From Blastocatellia bacterium (GTDB lineage: Bacteria; Acidobacteriota; Blastocatellia; RBC074), in the NCBI GenBank assembly GCA_043783625.1, contig JAYVZE010000190.1, positions 31,551-95,550 on the forward strand: a stretch of 64,000 nt of DNA. Reading direction: 5' to 3'. The translations under genes and the position numbers were made by a program. Of the stretch, positions 57,014 to 64,000 are shown in pieces (within the stretch, counting starts at the first letter, position 1; every line of letters begins with the position of its first letter). The notes under the pieces were generated by a model that did no database searches, was not told the origin of the DNA, and worked only from the letters and a program-made list of their open reading frames with translations.

Positions 57014-57074
57014 AGGTAGGATAGGCGTCCCGCCTGTTCCCGATTTTCGGAAGACAGGGACGCCTATCCTACCT
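57014..57074. repeat. 61-bp hairpin (18-bp perfect arms) abutting the stop of the upstream gene
   Basis: AGGTAGGATAGGCGTCCC (57014-57031) pairs with GGGACGCCTATCCTACCT (57057-57074). Confidence 0.75.
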
Positions 57075-58376
57075 TTATTTTGTAATCGCTGGCATTTCTA
57101 CGACTTCCATTTGTATTAAATGAATGCCTGCTTCGATCTCAATTTCATTGGTATTCGGAGGCGCCGTTAAATGCACACTCAGTCGTTGCAAAAGTGAAAC
57201 GATGAACGGCGCACGCTTGCCCGAGGGCAGCAAAACACTATGAATATTGCGTCGAAACTGCTGGTCGAATAATTGATTCGCAATTATTTGCAAATTATTT
57301 TTCAAAAATTCCTCAGCCATTTCCGCTGTAATATTTGGGTCTTGGGTGTAAATTTCCAGCTTCGGTTTCACCATCGCGGTGTAGCCCCAATCCTCAAAAT
57401 AACGCATCAACATCATTTCAATCTGCGCCCGTTCTGCACGTTGAAGCTGATCGACACTCATTTGCAAGCGCAGCACTTTCGCAGAAATCAGCCGCGCAGA
57501 AATTTGCGTCAGCACATTTCCAAAAGCTTTCTCAGGTGAAGTTGAAGCCGCATAAGCATTCAATAAATCCAGCAGTTTTCGCTCCCGCAATTGCACCATT
57601 AACCGATCAGGATTGCCGCTGAGGTCAACGACTGCAACATAATATCCGGCGGCTACAGTGCGCGTCAGCGCATCTATGAGATTCGTAAACTGGGCATCAT
57701 CAGTTCCTTCGGTCAACACGTATAAAAAAATATCTGCTTTGCCCGAAGCGATAAAATTCACTCCTGCGGAGTCAGCCTGCTTCACCAGAGAAGCCTTGAT
57801 TGTCTTGGTAGTTTCACCCGAAAATCTGGCGACAATTTTCGGAGGACGCTGATACGTGCGATTGAGAAATCTGGCAACCAACAGCTTCGCCCAATCTTTC
57901 TGTGATTCATCAATCATCAAATCATCAAAGACAATTTTGCTGAGCACATCCGTACTTTTATTGGCAAATCCGTAGATCGGCAGCTCGTTTTTTTGCTGCC
58001 GTAACCAGGTTACAATTTCAATTCGCTGTGCTTCCTGCCCCGCCGTGAATCCGATGATAACCCCGTTGAGCTGCGCTACATTTTGCGACTTCACCCATTC
58101 CATCAAAGCCGATGAATTCTCCGTCTGAAAAACTTCACGCGGCGGATACACCACATCGAAATCAGCAATGCGGGCAAACGTGCGCGGCAACTTCGTCGAA
58201 GCAAAACGGACGTCTAACGGAATCAGCAGCAATCTGCCAACAAAATCTTTCGTAGGAATCGGGGTCATTTTCGGACGTTTTTTTTGCGCGAAGCTTTCAT
58301 TGCTGCCAAAACTTAAAAATAGTCCTGATAGAATCAGAAGTTGGAGAATTATTGATTTGGAGAAAAATCGGATCAT
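57075..58376 (-). CDS. exported hypothetical protein, DUF4127-like
   Basis: ATG 58376 gives the signal peptide MIRFFSKSIILQLLILSGLFLSFG. The RLLLIPLDVR motif near the N-terminus recalls DUF4127 (from memory only). Confidence 0.55.
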   Translation of the reverse strand: MIRFFSKSIILQLLILSGLFLSFGSNESFAQKKRPKMTPIPTKDFVGRLLLIPLDVRFASTKLPRTFARIADFDVVYPPREVFQTENSSALMEWVKSQNVAQLNGVIIGFTAGQEAQRIEIVTWLRQQKNELPIYGFANKSTDVLSKIVFDDLMIDESQKDWAKLLVARFLNRTYQRPPKIVARFSGETTKTIKASLVKQADSAGVNFIASGKADIFLYVLTEGTDDAQFTNLIDALTRTVAAGYYVAVVDLSGNPDRLMVQLRERKLLDLLNAYAASTSPEKAFGNVLTQISARLISAKVLRLQMSVDQLQRAERAQIEMMLMRYFEDWGYTAMVKPKLEIYTQDPNITAEMAEEFLKNNLQIIANQLFDQQFRRNIHSVLLPSGKRAPFIVSLLQRLSVHLTAPPNTNEIEIEAGIHLIQMEVVEMPAITK

Positions 58377-58464
58377 GCAAAAAGTGCTTCGATTTAATGA
58401 TGTGCCTCGAAGGTAGTTATTCTGCATTAACTTTTGATGGCTGTAAAATCCACGCCGAAAACAG

Positions 58465-59061
58465 CTATTTCACATTAATCTTCACTGCATTCCCAACTTT
58501 ACCATCAACCGTTAGCACGACATCCACCAACCCTTTCCCCGCCAGGCTTTTCGGCAGTGATAAATTAATTTGATCTACGCCGACGAAGCAGCAATGCGCT
58601 CCGGCGTACAGCACCGGCACAGTCGCTCCTCCGATGGTCGCCGTCACATTGCTTAATCCGCTGTTGGCACGAATTCCCGTGCCGTACAGCTCCAGAAAAG
58701 TTTCATCGTAGGCAGTCACGTCAAGCGGAATCGCAGTGCAGCCCTGCGCCGTACACGGAGCGACTACGCCGCCTGTGCGTACTCCGTTTTTGATGAATAG
58801 TAATGTCGCCGCCGCCGCACCTGCTCCGTCTGAAGTCGCGGAAAAAATCCCAGGTTGTAAATTCGTCACGTTCACCGCTCCCGTAGAAATTTCGCCGTTG
58901 GAATTCGTGATAATTATCGTCGCAAATCCTGCGGCTGTTCCTGCTGGAATCTGATAATTCACCTGCCCCGCGCCCGCATAAAATAAGGGTGCTAAGCGTT
59001 CGACTCCCGCGCTGTCACGAACTTTGACTGTCGTTCCGCTTAATTCTGTAGGAAAGGAGAA
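58465..59061 (-). pseudogene. 3' fragment of a gene encoding a Solibacter-type (TIGR03437-like) C-terminal domain; N-terminal part deleted
   Basis: ..TTVKVRDSAGVERLAPLFYAGAGQVNYQIPAG..ATIGGATVPVLYAGAHCCFVGVDQINLSLP..VVLTVDGKVGNAVKINVK. The frame opens right after a TGA at 59064-59062, with no signal peptide or start context. Confidence 0.65.
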
Positions 59062-59064
59062 TCA

Positions 59065-59370
59065 AAATATCCGACCATCGTCAAAAACTGGCGGGCGTAT
59101 GGGGAGGGGACTTGTCCGATGTTTGCGGCGGAGATCAGAAAAGCCGTTTACACGATGAATGCGATTGTGTCACTGCAAACAATCAGCAAAAATCAAACCG
59201 CTTTCCCAAGCGAGGAAGCGGCTTACAAATTACTTTATTTAGCCTTGCCATCCAGAAAAAATGGACGATGCCCTCAGGATTGGGGTCGCGCTCTCAATCA
59301 ACTGGCGACCCTCTTTGAGGATCGCTTAACTAACTAAAATTCACTTACACAAATTTTCTGACACCCTCGG
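59065..59370 (+). pseudogene. C-terminal remnant of an IS256-family transposase
   Basis: KYPTIVKNW..AEIRKAVYTMNAI.SL....KNQTAFPSEEAAYKLLYLAL, then KKWTMP in another frame, then QDWGRALNQLATLFEDRL. Only ~90 of ~400 codons are present and there are two frame changes. ACACAAATTTTCTGACA after the stop may be the IS end. Confidence 0.7.
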
Positions 59371-59646
59371 TTACTCATAATATTTAGCCGCATGAAATAT
59401 TCGTGCCATAATATTCCAGTTAATGTTTTCAGGGAAACTCATATTTTGGTTACTATAATAACCATCCATATCTTCAACCCACGCACTGAGGGCTTCAAGA
59501 TAGTCCGCCAGATTATCATTTTCCCATTCATGCTTGTTATTAAATAAATCTGTAAGGAGAGAGCGGACAAATCCAACAAACTCTTCACGAGAGGAGACTC
59601 GATTTACTTCGATATCAATTTCCATAAAATTATAAATTCTGCGCAA
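59371..59646 (-). CDS. polymorphic-toxin immunity-type small protein (second, possibly orphan)
   Basis: 91 aa. The motif WENDNLADYLEALSAWVEDMDGYY..NW..ARIFHAAKYYE resembles a recurrent immunity-locus family. AT-rich. Starts 2 nt after the stop of the preceding small gene. Confidence 0.55.
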   Translation of the reverse strand: MRRIYNFMEIDIEVNRVSSREEFVGFVRSLLTDLFNNKHEWENDNLADYLEALSAWVEDMDGYYSNQNMSFPENINWNIMARIFHAAKYYE

Positions 59647-59647
59647 C

Positions 59648-59980
59648 TTAAATATTCTTAATTACCTGAACTCCACGGCGAAATGCCCATGCAACGTCGC
59701 TTTCAAAATCTCCAGTTATAGCTTTTGACCAAATTATTTCAATAAGTGCACTATCTGTATACCCACCAGTATCCTGTGACAACAAGCGAGATAATTTATT
59801 AAGCAAAATGTGAAGTATCTCGTTATAAGCTTTTGCCTTGTTCAGTTCTTCTATTTCGTTAATTTTGGAAAAAGACTCCCGTGCAAAAATTGTAAGATCG
59901 TAAGCTAGTCGACAAAATAATTTAGATTTATTCTCAATTGAGAGATCCGAGACTATTAATATGAATTCTTCTTTCTCCAT
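59648..59980 (-). CDS. candidate cognate immunity protein of the RHS C-terminal toxin
   Basis: 110-aa helical protein starting 5 nt after the RHS stop. A sampled line (59701-59760) is 28% GC. No recognisable family. Confidence 0.5.
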   Translation of the reverse strand: MEKEEFILIVSDLSIENKSKLFCRLAYDLTIFARESFSKINEIEELNKAKAYNEILHILLNKLSRLLSQDTGGYTDSALIEIIWSKAITGDFESDVAWAFRRGVQVIKNI

Positions 59981-59984
59981 GAAT

Positions 59985-62900
59985 TTACCTTCCTCTTGGT
60001 CTAACCTTAGGCTCTTTAAACGTGATCTTCGGGATTACTTCTCGAGGTAGATTATTAACGTTTACACCTCTTTCTTTAAGTATTTCGATGCGATGATGTC
60101 CTTGAAGGATATTGCCATCTGGTCTTGTCCTTAAACTCTCGTCCTGACCTGGGGCTAAAGACCTAATGATATCCTCGGTACTCATTTGACGAATACTCTC
60201 TAGTTTTTTTGGATCGAGAGCATGTATTGGTTTTAAATCTGGTCGTTCCTCCTCAGTATGTAAAACAGCTCCTCCTAGAGGTGGCGAGGTAGCTCCTGTG
60301 CCGAGTCCGTATATCTGGGCTTGTATAAGTGCCATTTCAACTATCGTGATTCCAGTAATTTCAACTGTACCAACTGCCAAAACCGCAGATATACCATATG
60401 CTCCCAACAGCCCAAGTGCAATTCGGTCCCCTTTCCCTAGAGGTCTCACAACATGTTTTATGCCATCTGAACCCAGTCTTACAATAGTGTTCCTAAGTTG
60501 TTTTTCTTCACCTGTTCCCCCTACAGCCGAAAATTGAATCAAAGTATTGTCATCGTAAAGCGTCCATCCTTCCGACTCGAACCGCTCTCTTTCATGTTTT
60601 GGAGCATCGGAAGCTTTAGCTGGCGACCCCTTTACATGATACCAAAGCGATCCATTTGCGACGTTTTTACCAACCCAGTACTCACCTGTTGGATCAGTCA
60701 GAGATAAAGGGCTATTCATCACATAGGAGTAGCGATTCCACGATTGCGGCATAGATAAATGAGCACTTCCCATTGCTGGGTCTACAGAAGTGAAGCGTCC
60801 ATACACAGAGCCGTGATACCGCGCTTCGGCAAAATCTAAGCCTGTTTCTACGTCACGTTCATAGTTAGCGAATTTATCGCGGACGCAATCACCTGTGAAT
60901 CCTTGCGCGGTCGTGCGTCCGCCATAACCCGCCGTTAATTCTTCACCAAAGGGCAGGTAATCGTGACGACTGATTCCAGCTAAACTTCCCGTAGAATCAG
61001 CCAGAATGCGCGGCGTATTCACCTGATCTGTCACCATCCAACGGGTGACGCAACCCGCTCCAACATCACCAACCACTAGAAGCTCGCCCAAGCGATAGCC
61101 ATACTCTTTGTTCGGCAAATTAGTCGCCGAGCCTGCTGCGTATTCGGCGACAAGTTCGCCGCCAATCCCGTAGACCTGCCACCAATTGCTGGTTCCGTTG
61201 TTGATCGAACGTCGCACACGATGCCCGGCAGCGTCATACGAATAGGAATTGAGCGTTCCATTCGGACTGACCGCAGTTAGCATCTGATTGTTGATGTCGT
61301 ATGTTTTTGCCCCTGAGCTGGTCGTTTGCGTCAGCTTATCTTTCGTCAGATTTCCAACTGCGTCATAACGCATTTTATCCGTCGCGGCATCGGTATCTGT
61401 GTCAGTGGAAGCTTTCTGACGATTGGAGGCGGCGACGAATTTAAAGGCGGGACTGACAGGGACATTACTACTTCCGCTCACCGTGCGATTGCCATAGCGA
61501 TCATAGGTATAGGTCTGATTGAGAGTACTGTAGTTATTAGCTCCGGTGCTGGTATAGGTTTGTTCCCAAAGCCCGGTCACACGATTCAATTCATCGTAGC
61601 CATAATACTCAACTGGCATAAACCACGAGGTAACAGCATCATTCAATGGAATAAAATGGTCTTCTCGATACACATTCCCATTGTTGAGCGTACCACCATT
61701 TCCAACCGCGCTGTTCGCCCCATAAAAAATGCGTAACGCGCCACGATTCCATGACCATTCATCGCCGCCATTCGTGCCGAGACGCACGTCGTAGAGTTGA
61801 CCGAGATTATTGTAATGGCGATTGTGATAGAGCGGTGTTTGCGTCCCGAATTGCTCGCGGATCATATTACCGGAAGCGTTGTAAGTAATTCCGGTAGAGT
61901 AGGTGCGTTGCACCCCATCAAGATTGCCAACCATCTGGCTCAGCCGACCGATAGCATCAAAGCTGTAAGTAATCTTGTGCAATGAGGGCAGCGTTTTTTC
62001 TTTGACGTTGCCCGATAAATCATAAAGATGTGAGGTGGTAAATGGATTGCTCCACGTCCCGCTGGTTTTGAATTTTTGCGTTGCGGATAACGGTCTTCCT
62101 AAAATGTCGTACCCGTCTACGGCAGAGTACTCGACTGTTTGTCCGGTCGTTTCATCGCCTCCAGTATAGTCGTACCAGTACCGCCCCTTGCCATATTTTT
62201 CAGCCGCCGGATTGTCATAGAATTTCTTAATGTCAGGGTTGACGGTAGTGTTTGAATAATCAACGGTTGTAACCCGACCTAGTGCGTCATAGGTTGAGGT
62301 AGTGAACCATCCTCGCGCATCGGTATGCTTGGTAATATTTCCGCCGTCATCATATTCAAACGTGTCTGCTCCAGCTTTCTCTGGATTTGTCTGAGAGATT
62401 AGCCGCGAAAGGCTGCTATACACAAAGCTACGAGTCTGTACTCCTTGAGTCACCAGCGTCATGCGACTCAAAGCATCATACGTGTAGGACGTAGATTGTA
62501 CCGGACTGGCAATTGTTCCCAGACTGTTAGAGCTATCCGGTTCATCCGTGCGATCAAGTTGACCTAATCCGTTTACTCTGGTTCGCTTGATCTTCCCAGC
62601 GGGGTCAGTCGTCGTGGTGTAGTTCGCGTCATAGGCAACAGTCGAAATGCCCATGGAGTTGGTATTCGCTCCCCACGGTGCAGGCAAACCTGAGCCATCA
62701 AATGTTTGTGATTCAACGGCTCTACCGCTGCGATCAACAGTTTCCCGTACCCAGCCCATCGTATACTCGCTGCTGGCAGCGGTTGAATTTGCGGCGCGAT
62801 ACGGATTGGAAATTACTTTGTAGGTATTCGTGCTGGTTGTGGCATATCGGGTTTGGACTTTAACTCCAACAGTTTCGTCCGTCGCGCCTTGAGTTACTGA

Positions 62901-64000
62901 ATTTTCCAGTGTACGCGCTAATCGCACTCTCCCTAGTTGATCATGGTGTAAGATAGAAACCATTTTCCCGTCGCGAACTGTTGCTAAATCAGCACGTGAA
63001 ATTACAGTTCGGCTTGCATCAAAATATTGGGATGCTGTTTCCCGTTGCGCAGTATTCGACGCACTGGAATATGCCTCCTGCAATAAGACAGGTCTTCCTA
63101 AATCATCATAACTCGTCTTATCGGTGGTCTGGTTATCATCGTCAGTTGTGGTTAATGTAAGTCCAGTCTGGAATTCATATGTCAAACTAGAGCTTAACTG
63201 TATAGGCGTTCCGTAAGCCTTCCTGATTTTAGTCGGATATAAATTGGCAGTGGATGAATTACCTGCTAAAACAGGGTCATAATCAAATTTTGTCTGTACA
63301 TTTCGTGCGTCAGTCACCATTGTGACATTGCCATAAGGGTCAAAATCAGTTAGCACACAGGATGAGTTTGCTGCTGTCAGTGAAGTTGGTACAGTACTTT
63401 GCTTGACAGAATCCCAGGCTTTAACCACTGTCGCATTGCCTGTAGTCAGGGCATCGTCATAGGTGAATTCTGTTCGTGTTAATGCAGTGTTGGGGCTGAA
63501 CCCTGAACGTATTTCATTAGACGCAACAGAGATACGACGATCAGGCGAACCAGGTCTATTGTAAGCATTTGTTGTGGGAGTTGTTTTATTGGAAGCGTCC
63601 GGTGTTGGATTGCTGTAAGTGTTAACGATGACTTTTGCAGGCACGGCTCCGTAAGGAATCGCTATCGGCTTACCTGACGCATCACGCGGCACATCAGCAT
63701 AGTCTACATAATCGTAGTCGGCTCGCTGGGTTAAATTTCCATTTTTGTCATAGTTGTAATCCGTAATCACTGTCTTGACCAAAGTGCCTGAAGCATCTTT
63801 GATGGAAGCGAATTCTGTTTTGGTATAAACATTAAAGTCTCCGACCAAATTAGGCGACTGCGGCGTGTTGGGTTGTGAAATGCGCTCAATGACAGTTCCG
63901 TCAGGACGCTCGCTTTTGTAGACTATTCCTGTTTTCCAGTCACTGAGCTTCCCATAAGACCATTCGGTGACAACGCTTCCATCGGGTGAGGTAATCGTAC
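59985..64000 (-). CDS. RHS/YD-repeat polymorphic toxin, 5' end outside the window
   Basis: Dozens of YD repeats (YDPYGNVT, YDDLGRPV, YDALGRVT, YDRYGNRT, YDAVGNLT, YSYDAAGHRV). The RHS core end is ARYHGSVYGRFTSVDP..NRYSYVMNSPLSLTDPTGE. The frame stays open to base 64000, and the tracked start at 63848 is an internal TTG. Confidence 0.9.
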   Translation of the reverse strand, partial: TITSPDGSVVTEWSYGKLSDWKTGIVYKSERPDGTVIERISQPNTPQSPNLVGDFNVYTKTEFASIKDASGTLVKTVITDYNYDKNGNLTQRADYDYVDYADVPRDASGKPIAIPYGAVPAKVIVNTYSNPTPDASNKTTPTTNAYNRPGSPDRRISVASNEIRSGFSPNTALTRTEFTYDDALTTGNATVVKAWDSVKQSTVPTSLTAANSSCVLTDFDPYGNVTMVTDARNVQTKFDYDPVLAGNSSTANLYPTKIRKAYGTPIQLSSSLTYEFQTGLTLTTTDDDNQTTDKTSYDDLGRPVLLQEAYSSASNTAQRETASQYFDASRTVISRADLATVRDGKMVSILHHDQLGRVRLARTLENSVTQGATDETVGVKVQTRYATTSTNTYKVISNPYRAANSTAASSEYTMGWVRETVDRSGRAVESQTFDGSGLPAPWGANTNSMGISTVAYDANYTTTTDPAGKIKRTRVNGLGQLDRTDEPDSSNSLGTIASPVQSTSYTYDALSRMTLVTQGVQTRSFVYSSLSRLISQTNPEKAGADTFEYDDGGNITKHTDARGWFTTSTYDALGRVTTVDYSNTTVNPDIKKFYDNPAAEKYGKGRYWYDYTGGDETTGQTVEYSAVDGYDILGRPLSATQKFKTSGTWSNPFTTSHLYDLSGNVKEKTLPSLHKITYSFDAIGRLSQMVGNLDGVQRTYSTGITYNASGNMIREQFGTQTPLYHNRHYNNLGQLYDVRLGTNGGDEWSWNRGALRIFYGANSAVGNGGTLNNGNVYREDHFIPLNDAVTSWFMPVEYYGYDELNRVTGLWEQTYTSTGANNYSTLNQTYTYDRYGNRTVSGSSNVPVSPAFKFVAASNRQKASTDTDTDAATDKMRYDAVGNLTKDKLTQTTSSGAKTYDINNQMLTAVSPNGTLNSYSYDAAGHRVRRSINNGTSNWWQVYGIGGELVAEYAAGSATNLPNKEYGYRLGELLVVGDVGAGCVTRWMVTDQVNTPRILADSTGSLAGISRHDYLPFGEELTAGYGGRTTAQGFTGDCVRDKFANYERDVETGLDFAEARYHGSVYGRFTSVDPAMGSAHLSMPQSWNRYSYVMNSPLSLTDPTGEYWVGKNVANGSLWYHVKGSPAKASDAPKHERERFESEGWTLYDDNTLIQFSAVGGTGEEKQLRNTIVRLGSDGIKHVVRPLGKGDRIALGLLGAYGISAVLAVGTVEITGITIVEMALIQAQIYGLGTGATSPPLGGAVLHTEEERPDLKPIHALDPKKLESIRQMSTEDIIRSLAPGQDESLRTRPDGNILQGHHRIEILKERGVNVNNLPREVIPKITFKEPKVRPRGR
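59988..60680 (-). other. C-terminal toxin region of the RHS protein (231 aa after the DPTGE core boundary at 60681-60695)
   Basis: After DPTGE come three parts: a ~95-aa soluble segment; a ~45-aa Gly/Ala-rich hydrophobic segment (IALGLLGAYGISAVLAVGTVEITGITIVEMALIQAQIYGLGTG); and a ~80-aa tail with RPDGNILQGHHRIEILKERG, reminiscent of the ParB/Srx-fold DGxHR motif. Confidence 0.6.

Noticed and set aside
63848-64000. 63848 as the true start of the RHS gene.
   Set aside because: That codon is an internal TTG (..SPNLVGDF..). The same frame remains open and YD-repeat-like up to base 64000, so the gene is 5'-truncated by the window.

Overview
This is a 64-kb chromosomal segment that looks like an Acidobacteriota-type genome. 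The taxonomic clues are two paralogous ~1100-aa CarboxypepD_reg/TonB-dependent-receptor-like outer-membrane proteins, a Solibacter-type C-terminal domain fragment, a DUF1800/DUF1501 pair and many Sec/Tat-exported hydrolases. All protein calls rest on motifs read by eye from the supplied translations; no searches were run.

Backbone genes:
- A sugar/pentose utilisation cluster: ABC binding protein, ATPase and permease, an FAH-family enzyme, a radical SAM protein and xylulokinase.
- Housekeeping genes: lepA, a Xer-type recombinase, lpxK, waaA, efp, a PlsC-type acyltransferase, an MsbA-like ABC exporter, an aminotransferase, a CoA-transferase and several oxidoreductases.

Small accessory insertions punctuate this backbone:
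- Two PIN-toxin TA pairs, one of them inside the sugar ABC operon.
- A YoeB toxin paired with an atypical antitoxin.
- Two Uma2-family nucleases.
- An orphan DpnI-like methyl-directed restriction enzyme in a strongly AT-rich islet.
- An overlapping AAA_21 ATPase + RloB (AbiL/PARIS-like) pair, next to a minimal SET-domain methyltransferase and a PIN TA pair.
- A decayed IS5-family element with intact inverted repeats and a TAA target duplication.
- An IS256 transposase remnant fused to a truncated surface-protein gene.
- At the right edge, a large RHS/YD-repeat polymorphic toxin (5' end outside the window) with an unusual C-terminal toxin region and two AT-rich immunity-type genes.

Nearly every intergenic gap carries a long nested palindrome. 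Several fall into multi-copy families, and one ~150-bp family shows compensatory stem changes between copies.

No rRNA, tRNA or CRISPR array was found.

The best candidates for poorly described biology are:
- the RHS C-terminal toxin/immunity module;
- the ATPase-RloB island;
- the exported PA14-DUF1800 / DUF1501 / TIGR03790-like operon;
- the structured palindromic repeat families.
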